DNA of 64,000 nucleotides, from NCBI RefSeq assembly GCF_963921235.1, contig NC_086108.1, positions 25,916,001 to 25,980,000 on the forward strand, written 5' to 3'. Positions 39,556 through 51,243 of the stretch are shown here, piece by piece. The position numbers were made by a program, and so were the translations under genes. Below the pieces are notes generated by a model that searched no databases, was not told the DNA's origin, and saw only the letters and a program-made list of their open reading frames with translations. Each line of letters starts with the position of its first letter. Position 1 is the stretch's first letter. The DNA is from Mobula hypostoma. Taxonomy: Eukaryota.

Positions 39556-40170
39556 CAATAATATAGAAAAGATTAATATACAGTAAGTACATACACTGTA
39601 ATTATATTAAATAATTAGATTAAAAATAGTGCAAAACCAGAAATGATATTAAAAAAGTGTGTAAATGTTCAAGGGTTCAATATCCATTTAGGAATCATAT
39701 GGCAGAGGGAAAGAAGCTGTTCCTGAATCGCTGAGTGTGTGCCTTCAGGCTGATGGTAACAGTGAGAAGAGGGCATGTCCTGGGTGATGGGGGTCCTTAA
39801 TAATGGACGCCGTCTTTCTGTGGCACTGCTCCTTGAAGATATTTTGGATACTATGGAGGCTACTACCCAAAATGGAGCTGCCTAATTTTACAACTCTCTG
39901 TAGCTTCTTTCAATCCTGTGCAGTAGACCCCCCCCCCCCCACCCAACCTCCATACCAGACAGTGATGTAGCCTGTCAGAATTCTCACCACGGTATCTCTC
40001 CAGAAGTTTTCAAGCATTTTTGGTGAGAAACCAAATCTCTTCAAATTTCTGATGAAATATAATCGTTGTCTTTGCTTCTTTCTAGCTGTATTGATATGCT
40101 GGTGCCGGGTTAGAGATCTTGACACCAGGGGAATTGTTTACTCTCTCTAATTCTGATTCCTCGATGAGGA
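39556..40170 (-). mobile_element. Rex1/Babar 3' fragment
   Basis: ORF 39910..40125 RKKQRQRLYFIRNLKRFG. Confidence 0.8.
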
Positions 40171-42989
40171 CTTGGGAGTCATTCGTCAGGACAGTTCTGT
40201 GTTCCGTGCTATGCTTGTGCAAAATGATCTACTTTCAGCTGACATGAGGGGCATAATTGATTCAGGAAGCAGACAATTGTATGAAACAGATTAAAAAACT
40301 TGAAGTGTTGGAAACTCTCAGCAGAACATGCCACATAATGTGAGAAGAAGATACCAATGGCCACATACTTTAGACTTACTTTGTAGGAACAATGTTGTTC
40401 TCACTGGCTGCCTACCTGCCTCATTACATATGCTTCCTCCTTTCCATGCCTTCTTCCCTTTCATAACACTCTGCCCTTTGAACTAGCCATCCCTATGTAC
40501 CACTCTGCTCTGTTCTGTTGTTAATCATCCATTCCTCAGTAATCTATCTGTTCATCACTCACAACCCCACGCCCCCTCAGAAAAGAAGCTCATTCATTCC
40601 CAGTTCTAGTTGTTTTTATGAAGCCTTGATCATTTTAAAGACCTAATTGATTTGCCTTGCTTAGTATTGAGCTCTATTTTGAAAAAAATGAACTAAAAAC
40701 CAGATAATAAAAGACACAATTTCCTCTCCCCTTTTCAGCATAAGATTGTGTGTGCGGGCACAGACACACGCATAATACAAAGTATATCAGATAAAATTCA
40801 TGGAATTCTCTAATTAAATTTCCTTCAAGTAATTTTGAATAGCAGCTGAACAGGATAAGTCAAGCGCTTAAGGTATTAATTCTATGGTTTCAGTATGAAT
40901 GGCATAATGCATCTGTATCTGGGTAACAAAATGACAGCTGCTGGCACGAAGTAAAGTCCAAGCTCTTGTTTGTGAAAGAGAAAGAGCTCTTCATGTAAAG
41001 GATCTTTAATGAAGTGAAGAATTTAAGAGACAGTAAGCAGATTAGGCCAGTCCCTCCAGCTACCTCCTCTTTTTTAAAGATTCATCCCATCCTGACTTTG
41101 AAATATATTGATAATTATTCAGTATCACTCCATTTAGATCCTGAAATTCCTGCACAATAACTTTCTGGGAGCATTTTCAGTGGGAGCAAGACAGCAATTC
41201 AAGAAGGCAGCTCATTATGAGCACTTTGTCAAGGGCAATACATTGCCAGTTGTGTTCAGTCCAGAAAAGGTATAAAAGTTCCATGAAAGTATGTATGCTT
41301 CAAAAGATACAAAACTGTTTAATTTTGTAAATTGAGCTGCATTAGCTTTGGCGATTTGTGGTGGAAATTTGGAACATACTGTATGTTACTATCATAGGCC
41401 ATTCCTCCAGATCAATATTTTGTGCTTCTATTAAAACCCTATTGCATGGCATGGCAAGGAATTAATACAGATAAGGGTGAATATTTTCACAATGGAGTTC
41501 CACTATTCAAACAGTGGTTTTGAATAAAGTGATTACTAGATTTCATTGCTCAGAAACAAAATCCACTTTTCTTTTCTCCCCCCCATGCCATAATCCTTGA
41601 AACGAGCTGTATGAAATCTTCACACAAGCAAAACAGCTAGTTTCTAACTATCTGTAAAATATTTTCTGTCATTGGTACATTTTGCAAAGTGGTTCACCTC
41701 ATATATCTAATGCCTTCACTAATTCAATAACATCATTACAATATCCTTGATCTATCTGTCAAGAAGCATCAATCTCCAAGTCTGATCAGTCTTTTAGGCA
41801 TTCAACCTATGAGCAATTGCCTGACTGACAAAATTGCTGGTTTCATGATAAATCCCCATTTTGATTAGTTGGGTACATCAATAATCTGAAACATCTTGAT
41901 CCAACTTCATGTAATAACATAACCAGGAGTACTATGCAATTGTCCCTGCACTCAGAAAACACAAGGAATGGGACTAAATTTAGGTTCTACGGTCCCTTAT
42001 TCTGCTCCAGCACTCAAAGAGATCATGAATGATCTCATGTCTTCTCCACTTTCTCGTCTAATCCCAGTAACTCTTTCTTTGCTGGCTGCTTGCAGTTATA
42101 TTGTTCACAGCTTTCCACTTACTCATTGACTGAGCAACCACCAGTCTCTGAACTAAAGACCCAAATTCACAACTGAATGTGAATTTCACTTTAACTCATT
42201 GGCAAGCCACACTGAGACAAGTCTTAGCTCATTCAGCAGGAGAAAATAATGTCCTAGCATAGGACCTATCAATCCCTCCTCTTATATAAACAAAAGCATT
42301 GATGATTCGGAAATCTGACATAAAAACAAAAACACATGGAGGTGCCCAGAAGGTCAGACATCCACCAATGGAAGCAGAAACAGAATTTGCTTTGAAGGAC
42401 ATCAGTCAGAACTTTATTTGATGAAGGGTCTTTTTTCTATAACTCAACACCGTTTTTCTTTCCACAAAATATTTGCAGATTTTTTTGGTGTTACATTTGT
42501 AAACTTCAAATCTGGGAATTTTAGTAGGAACATCCCCTGTTACTCCATCTATCCACTTTGGAACCATGGGATGCAATCTCTGCTGTATTTTATGATTTCT
42601 GCTGTATTTTCTCTTCAACAATCTTAATTATTTTAAGTTACTCCTAATCATTTTAATTTTGTTTCTCTCCCATTTCTGGTTCTTTATAATTTCATCTGCA
42701 ATAAAGATGACTACGAAGTATTTGCTGAAAATAAAAAAGAAGGAAATTACTGATTACACTGTAGAGAATATTATCTATCCCTCTGACAATACCGTACCAA
42801 AGCATTTTCTCCTACCACATTCACAAACATAACTGGTATCTCCTGCACTAAACTGTAGCAATACCTGCAGGGAAAGTCACCGTGTACCTACATTAACAGC
42901 TAGAGTAGCTGGGCTAGTGGTAGCTTATGATCCCACAAATTAACCCTTATTGAAGTAGTTCATGTTCTGTCAACATACCAGTTAAGGGA

Positions 42990-43315
42990 ATGGAAATAGA
43001 GAGAGAGATAGAAAGAAATGAGAGAGAGAGAGAGAGAGAGAGAGAAGGAGAGAGAGGAGAGAGCCAGCAAGACGGAGGGAAAGGGAGAGAGAGGGAAGGG
43101 AGGGGAGAGTGAGTGAGAGGGAGGGAGAGGACAGAGAGAGAGGGAGAGAGACAGAGAGAGAAGGAGAGAGATTGGAGAGTGAGCGAGATGGAGGGGGAGG
43201 GAGGGAGGGAGAGGAGAGAGAGAGGGAGAGAGAGAGGAGAGCGAGTAAGAGGGAGGGAGAGGGAGGGGGAGGAGGGAGGGAGGGAGGGTGAGAGAGAGAG
43301 AGGAAGAGAGAAAGC
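42990..43315. repeat. GA-rich polypurine microsatellite
   Basis: About 320 bp almost entirely G and A. Confidence 0.95.
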
Positions 43316-44456
43316 AAAATATTACTGACATTCACACATTAGCATTAAACGGTTTTTTTTGTGTTTGAGCTCAGAGCCTTTAGAAAATTCAACAGGCAAA
43401 AGCTGAAAACTCTCACAAATGAGGCTGAATTGTTTGTGTTCATATAGCACTGCATGACAGATTGGGGTGAGCTTATTTTGAGACAAATGACGGTCCTTGG
43501 AAGATTATTAAATTTATAGTTCCATCTAAAATGTATCTCACAGTGAGTTGATAGTTCTATTGAAATTATTATTGCATCCTAATTTCTCACAAAGTGTAAC
43601 CCACTGCAAGTTGTCTTTGACCACTTGGAATGTAATTCAATGATGCTTTTATGAGAAATTTATTAAATCTCTCCCATATTTGACACTGGAAGGGGAGAGA
43701 GCTGTAGTTTATAAGGAATGTATCAAAAACATAGTGGGGATCAGGTAGGGAGAGAGGAGCATGAAACAGCCTTAGAATAAAAGAAAATCTAAATTTATAA
43801 TTGCTCATGACAAGTGGAGTTTTGCTTGAAGTAAGAACTCCCATCAAAGAGGATAATAGAGTCAAGGGGCAGTGTGGCCTGGTCAGTCCTATGCCCCATT
43901 AGCGTCTGGGATAGTGTGAACGATATTCAAGCTATAGCTAGTAACAACATTTTGAAATATAAGGAATATGATGGATGTCCTTGCACCAATGACTACATTG
44001 AGATTACCGTAATCTGTTGCTCTCAGGTATTTCATCACAGAATAAGAAATTCCTCTTTATTGATTTACAGATCATCTGCACAGATGGTGGTAATTAGTAG
44101 CTTGTAAGCACAGGTAGGCCGGGGAGATAAGAACATTGTTGCTCTGGTCAGATTGCCGTTCCTTCCTATGTATTTGTTTAAACCAGAGGAAATTATTTCA
44201 ATTTCATTTTGTTCCTGTTGGAGTTTATTTTCCTCTGTACGTTGAATGATATTTTGAGAATGATAGACAGTTGCAATGTTTGCATAAGTATAAAATGCAC
44301 ATTCCAATGAATGACTTCTGAGAGTCTGCAAAAAAACTCAGCAGAAAATGTTCTGTAGCAAGAAAACTGTAATAAAGCTGTTGTCTCTTTTCCAGTATCA
44401 GATGAAGGGATCAAACACAGTTTCATGCATTTTTTTAAAGAGTCCAGTGATACAGG

Positions 44457-45168
44457 TTTAGCCCCCCTGGCCAGCCTCAGGGTCACTCAGCTCACTGTCG
44501 TCTAGGGAAACAGCCCTCGGCCCCGCCAAACTAGGTAATAGTTTGTGTGGATGCTGTGTGATGTACCCCATCCCGCCCAACTAACAGACAATGCACCAGA
44601 TATGATTAAATGATTTACGGTTTATAGATATTACTGGAACCATATAATTAATAGAGAATAAAATATAAAATAAAAATAAAAGGCGCCACACTTATCAAAG
44701 TTCAATCTCTTCGTGCACAAACAGTTGGAGCTCAGGAACCTCCTTCTTCACTCTGCGACCCCTCGAACCACTTTGACCTGCCGCCTGGGACCAACAACGG
44801 TGAGCGAACAGATGCTCCACACAAGTCTGTCTCCGTCTCCTCTCCTTGCCGAACACCCTAGACCTCGGAATCCTGTTTGGGGTCCGACCCCGTTAGCGGA
44901 CTCACAGCACCTGGTTCATCCTCTGACTCTCTCTCCCGCCTTCTGCACAAAAACCCGCGCATCACACTAATTTACAGACACACAGAAAGAATAACATCTA
45001 TCCCAATTGGTGTGTTCATCCTCTTATCAGTAACATGATCCAAACAATCTACTAGCAGGAGGACTTTCTCAACAGTTAACATAACAAAGAAGCCATTTCA
45101 ATTATAGCATAACAAAGAAGCCATTTTAATTAGACTACGCAGTGACATAAAAGAAGAAACCCCTTACA
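44457..45168 (-). mobile_element. Solo LTR
   Basis: Absent from the homologous right arm. Minus strand begins tgtaagggg; the other end is decayed (tttagcccccc on plus). 4-bp TSD cagg/caga. Confidence 0.75.
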
Positions 45169-45394
45169 CAGATAAAGGTAAAGAATGTTGAGTGCAGATT
45201 AACTGTGAGTGTCAGTTCTGAGACATACATCCAATCCCAGAGTAGGTGCCACGGTAGTGTAGCAGACAGTATGATGCTATTACAGCACAGGTTGTTTCGG
45301 AGTTAAATAACGATGCTGTTCTGTAGAGAGTATCTCCTCCCTGTGATTGGTTAATAGCTCAATTGTAAATTGTCCTGTGATTAGGTAAGGGTAA

Positions 45395-45560
45395 CAAACA
45401 AGAGGAAATATGCAGATGGAATCCAAAGCTAGGCTCACAAAATGCTGGAGGAACTCAGCAGGCCAGGCATCTTCTGTGGAAAAGGGTCCTGACGAAGGGT
45501 TTCTGCTTTTCCATAGCTGCTGCCTGGCCTGCTGAGTTCCTCCAGCACTATGTGTGCATT
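45395..45560. mobile_element. Palindromic Penelope-derived element inside a SINE remnant
   Basis: gctggaggaactcagcaggccaggca...gtcctgacgaaggg...tgcctggcctgctgagttcctccagc. Confidence 0.7.
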
Positions 45561-47823
45561 GCTTAGGTTAGATGTAATCGAGTTTGCCGGGGGTTGTTGT
45601 ATTGCGAAATAAATAAAGAAATAAATAACTCTACCAAGTAAGTAAGCTTTTTTCACTGCAAAAGGTATGAGCAAACACTATGGCCATGGAAGTAAATACA
45701 ATAGAGACGTTTAATGAATTTCAGCAATACCCAGGAATGGAAGGATATTGAGCATGTGCAAGCACAAGGAATCAGTTTAATTAGGCATCATTAGCTTAAT
45801 TGATTCAGCACAAAATTGTAGACCAAAGGACCTGTTTCTTTGCTCGATGTTGTATGGTTTATGTTCTGGCTCTGAAGCACAAGTCTCATAAATGAACCCA
45901 GTTGAATAATGCTTTACTCTTATTTGATATGAACCTAGTGCAGTACTTTTTACATTGTAAAGTGTTGTTGAGTGACATTTCATCAGATGTTGTTCTAATA
46001 TTTCACTCATGTCATTTATCTTGTTGAACTCTTAATGGCAAAATGATAGGAAGATGGGTAAGAATTTGCATATTGTCAATAAAGCTGATGAATGATCCCA
46101 TTTGCAGTTCACAATAACAGGTTTCACATGTTGAGTTATGATGAGCAGGGTCAGAAATGAATCTCTTATTGGTTGTATGTCTCAGAACTAACACTTTCAT
46201 CTTGTCAGTTAAACTGCACTAAACATTCTTTACCTTTATCTGTATCATGGGGCTCTTAAACGAAATGCATGAAACTGTGTTTGATCCCTTCATCTGATAC
46301 TGGAAAAGAGACAATAGCTCAAATATGGTTTTCTTGCTACAGAACATTTGCCGCTCAGACTCTCAGAAGTCATTCATTGGAATGTGCATTTTATATTTAT
46401 GCAAACATTTTGACTGTCCATCACCCTCCAGATATCATTCAACATACAGAGAAAAATAAACTCTAACAGGAAAAAAATGAAATGGAAATAATTTCCTCTG
46501 GGTTTATACAAATATGTAGGAAGGAATGCCAATCTGACCACAACAGTGCTCTTATCTCCCCAGCCTACCTATGTTTGCAGCAAGCTACTAATTACCACAA
46601 TGAATTTCTTATTCTGGGGTGGATCCAGTAGCACTTACATCAACAGTGATGGAGTGTTTTGAGGGGTTGATGATGAAATATGTCAACTCCTGCCTGAGAA
46701 GCAACTTGGATCCGCTCCAATTTGCTTACTGGAGCAACAGGTCCCCAGCAGATACCATCTCGTTGGCTTTTTATTTACTCCTGGAACATCTAGACAGCAA
46801 AGGTGCATAAATTAGAATGTTTTTTATGGACTAAAGCTTGACATTCAATACCATTATCTGCTCAAAACTAATCAATAAGCTTCAAGACTTTGGCCTCAAT
46901 AAATCCTTGTTCAATTGGATCCTCAATTTCCTCACTTGCAGAACACAGCCTGTTCAGATTGGCAATAACATCTCCTCTACAATCTCCATCGCCATTAGCA
47001 CATGCACACCATGAGGTTGTGTGTTTAGCCCCCTGCCTTACTCACTTTATACTTAGGACTGTGTGGCAAAGTGCAGCTCCAATACCATATTCAAGTTTGC
47101 TGATGACACTACTGTCATTGACGGAATCAAAGGTGGTGATGAATCAGCATACAGGAGGGAGATTGAAAATCTGGCTGCATAGTGCCACAGCAACAACCTC
47201 TTACTCAATATCATCAAGACCAAGGAGCTGATTATTGACTTCAGGAGGAGGAAACCAGAGGTCCATGAGCTAGTCCTTATTGAAGGATCAGAGGTGGAGA
47301 GCATCAGCAACGTTAAATTCCTCAGTGTTATCATTTCAGAGGACTTGTCCTGGGACCAGCATTTAAGTGCAATTACAAAGAAAGCACGGCAGTGTCTCTA
47401 CTTTTTTAGGAGTTTGCAAGGAATTGGCATGACATCTAAAGTTTTGACAAACTTCTAAATAAGAGTGATGAAGAATATATTGACTGGCTGCATCACAATC
47501 TGGTATGGAAACACCAATACTTTTGAATAGAAAATTCTACAAAAAGTAGTGTATGTGGTTCAGCCATCGCAGATAAAGCCCTCCCCACCATTGATTATGT
47601 CTACATGAAGTGTTGCAGAAAAGCAGCATCTATCATCAGGGACCCCCACCACTCAGGTCATGCTCTCTTCTTACTACTGCCAACAGAAAGAAGGTACAAG
47701 AGCTACAGGATTCACACTGCTAGGTTCAGGTACATTTTTTATCCCTCAACCATCAGGCTTTTGAACCAAAGAGGATAGCTTCACTCAACTTTACTAGTCC
47801 CATCACTGAACTTTTCCCATGGG

Positions 47824-48594
47824 TGTCATGGCCCGGTCCGTGAGGTCTGCATTCTGGTTCACGGTCTGGTCCAGCGATTCCTTATTCCGGGTTTTCCTGT
47901 TTTCCCTTGTTCCACTTGGTGCCTTAATTGAGGCACCTGATTCTCATTTTGGGTTGGCACATAAATACCTCTCAAACCAAGGATTCCCTGCTGGACTATT
48001 CCCTTCCCCTTCCTTCTGAAGCCCTGTCAAGTTCAACCGCCGGAGTGAGACTGCAGCCTTGCCACGCCAATATAAAGAACAATCTATTGTTGAGTTTGGA
48101 ACTATCTCTTTGTGTCCCCATGTTTAATGTCCGTGTCTAAGAAGAGTTCCGGCCCTAGGTCCTGTTCCCAAGGAGGGATCCTGACTCGGTGTAAAGCCCC
48201 GGCCCTAAGTCCTGTTCCCAGGAAGGGTCCCAGCTCTGTGTTCTGTGTTCCTGTGCTCCAAGTTCCATGCGCCATGTTCCAGACCTGTCCAAGTCAAGGC
48301 TTCATGTTCTCATCCAGTCCGGGAGTTGCTCATCCAGTCCAGGAGTCCCTCGGCAGTTTACCTTGGCAAGTGTCCTCGGCAGTCATCCCGGCCCTGCGTC
48401 CTAGAAAGGGTCCCATGTTTCTAGTCCAAGTTCTAGCCCAGGCCCTGAATCTTAGTCTCGTCCAGGGCCTGTGTCAATGTCCAGCATCATTTTTTCCTTA
48501 TTCACCTTGCTATCTCAATAAACCTAGTCCTGTTCCTAGTACTTCAGTGTCTGTGTCTTGCGCTTGGGTCCACTCCCAACGTCCCCTTATGACA
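47824..48594 (+). mobile_element. Solo LTR
   Basis: tgtcat...atgaca termini, aataaa near the 3' end, 5-bp TSD atggg at 47819-23 and 48595-99. Confidence 0.9.
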
Positions 48595-48807
48595 ATGGGC
48601 TCCCTTCCAAGGACTCTTCATCCCATGTTCTTGATACTTATTGCTTATTTTTTCCTTTTGTATTTTCACAGTTTGTCATTCTTAGCACATTAGTTGAACC
48701 CAAGCTGATGTGGTCTTTCATTGATTCTGTTATGGTTATTATTCTATTATAGATTTATTTAGTATGCCTGCAAGAAAATGAATTTCGGGGTTGTATATGG
48801 TTTCATA

Positions 48808-50492
48808 TCTCTATACTACTAAAACTCTCATGCTCTGTCTGCCTGTTTGTCTGTTTGTGACCTCCAATTAGCATAAACGGTACATTACAGCCACACTTTT
48901 TTTTGGCTAAATCGAATTAAAATATGCTAACCTATAGAATGCAGGCAAAGTTCAGGGTTATATATTCATATAAAATTGCTCATTCACCCAAAATTAACAG
49001 GCTCGCTTTCACCTGAGAGCTGATCCGCCATCACAGACATTTGGACGCGACAGCCCGATGCATGCTCATGGCCAGCCTAAGCAGCGACACCTACCGGAGC
49101 AAAAGGGCAGGGCAGCTCTATTTCGAGGGATCACATTCTGCTAATCACCATCAGCATGTGCAGGATTGGGACAGATCTACTTGCCACCCATCAATAAGAG
49201 ATAATTAAATCTTATTGTAATGACGTACTTCGAGACACCGTGCACAATTCTGATTTGATGGAGACAGACGTGAGAGTACGGAGGAACATTTGGAGAAACT
49301 TCTGAAATGCCCACTTTACTGCCTCTGCTACTGTGTGGTAACCAGAATCTCTGGAGCAGAAGGCTCCAAATCCTCGGCTTTGCTTGTTTCAGCGGCCTGG
49401 GCTAGGTCGAAGGCGCTCAGCAGAGGATGGTGTTCGGGAGACTGTATCGGAGGGGCTGGTCAGAGGCTAGAAGTTTTCAGATGGACGGACTCAGTGTCGG
49501 CTGCTTCCAAGGCATCGGCAGCTGTCGGTGCCTTGGAGGTTTATGGCAGGGAGTCTCTCCCTTTTGCCGCCTGCTATCAGGGTCTCAGGAGTCGACCGGG
49601 ACTTGAGACTTTTTTTTACCGTGCCCATGATCTGTTCTTTATCAAATTATGGTATTGCTTTGCACTACTGTAACTATATGTTATAATTATGTGGTTCTGT
49701 CAGTGTTAGTCTTTGGTTTGTCCTGGTTTCTGTGGTATCACTCTGGAGGAACATTGTATCATTTCTTAATGCATGTATGCATTTCTAAATGACAATAAAA
49801 GAGGACTGAGTGTTCTCATAATCTAATCTAATAAAACCCTTTGCTGCAGTCAAAGGATAGTGGTGACTTTATCATGTCCATTTAGGAGAGCACCAACCAC
49901 ATCATCAAGAATAATCAGCATCCTTTGGTTCATATCTTCTGTCCAGCATTAGGGTAAAAAAAAATGGTCAGCCTAATTATGCCGCGTGGAAAGGGAAGCG
50001 GGACATTATGGTCAAGAGATGACGCCAAATGTTGTCAGGAAACTGCAAGGAGAGAGAGAGAACAAGAATCGGATGAGGCCAGGGCCGCACGACTCCAGGA
50101 TCAAAGAGTCAGGACAAAAAAAGATGAGGGAAGAAGAGGCAGAGGAGGAGAGGCATGCACGTCTCCAGGATCAGAGACAAACAACAAACAGCAGAAGAGA
50201 TGAAGAGATGAGGAATGAAAGGGCTGCACATCTCCATAATGACAATGAGAGGCACAAGGGTGGCAGATAAACCAGAAATGATGCCATCAAAATTGTCCTT
50301 CGTAAAATGAGGAGGAGCTATATTTGCTTTGCTACGCGTTGTTCTTCTTTAATAAACTGAGGTTTTCTACTTCAGTTTACAAAGCAAAGTGATACCAATA
50401 GCATTCAGGAAAATTTAATGTTCATTCTGGTCACATCAGACTGCACTACCATTCCTTCAAAGGGTGCCCCAATGGGTCACCCCACTGTCTAG
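48808..50492 (+). mobile_element. Non-autonomous Helitron with STPR-like repeat remnant
   Basis: 5' A|TC(TC)TATACTACTAAAA. 3' hairpin gggtgccccaatgggtcaccc (50462-50482) then CTAG (50489-92). No TSD; the host LINE tail is continuous across it. Repeats ESDEARAARLQDQR and EEERHARLQDQR. Confidence 0.82.
49232..49831 (+). mobile_element. Non-LTR-type repeat (SINE or LINE 3' end) inside the Helitron
   Basis: Ends in gacaataaaa...(aatct)n tail. The 5' boundary is uncertain. Confidence 0.55.
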
Positions 50493-51243
50493 CATGTACT
50501 TAATAGTAAATTTACTTTGAACTTTGAAACACCTGCAGTGAGAGATAACAGTAACCTCAGTGTAGTCATTGGTACTAGGTAGACATCATTTTCCTTACAT
50601 CTCTTGATGTTTGTTAGTAGCTGTATCTTGAATATAATTCACGCTATCCCAGCCACTAATGGGGCATAGTGAGTGGTGACTGACCAGGCCACACTGCCCC
50701 TTGGCTCTATTATCCTCCTTGCTGGCAGTTCTTACTTCAAGCATAACCCCACTTGTTATGAGCAATTATAAATGTAATTTTTCCTTTGTTCTCACGCTGT
50801 TTCACACTCCCTTCTCTATGTGTATAGAGGCTGACAAACATTAGCACAGATGTAAGAAAATAATCCAGTAACTTTTAGCATTACATCCAGTGTGATTTGT
50901 AGAGTTCTGTGTTTGTGAATATGAAATGAGCTGAGTTTCACACTTTTTATATTAAAAAGAACTGAAGGCAGAAATGTCACCATTTCAAACAACTTTAATC
51001 TCGGTCTATAGAAGTAGACAGTGCATTTAAAATGGAATATAGAACACCCATCTATGAGGCTGGAATGGTTGCTGCTAACATTAATCTTTTTATTTATTCC
51101 ACAACATTTTGTCGGCTTTTCCTTTCTGACGACTTGATCAGAGACATTACATTATGTATTGTTGATTGTGGGCTAGGCACTTCATCACAATTGAAGCTGC
51201 ACCTGTGGGATAACCTGCACAATGATCATTGAGAAACAATACC

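Larger units (their letters stand above)
46617..50525 (+). mobile_element. Rex1/Babar LINE (RT to tail) carrying a nested solo LTR and a Helitron
   Basis: PVALTSTVMECFEGL...LDPLQFAY and KFADD motifs. The tail resumes after the Helitron as aaatttactttgaactttga. Confidence 0.88.
43750..50818. repeat. Old inverted duplication: left arm 43750-45235, right arm 46170-46616 plus 50526-50818
   Basis: Collinear reverse-complement similarity once insertions are removed; 44381-44432 is identical to the reverse complement of 46263-46314. Confidence 0.9.

Noticed and set aside
42960..43335. ORFs rich in S/L/P or E/R/G
   Set aside because: They are translations of the GA microsatellite.
46234..46299. Sushi/CCP domain assignment from YQMKGSNTVSC
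   Set aside because: The downstream conserved Trp and Cys of CCP modules are absent and the match is too short.
48112..48693. 193-aa ORF
   Set aside because: It lies across a solo LTR and a LINE 3' UTR, with no recognisable domain.
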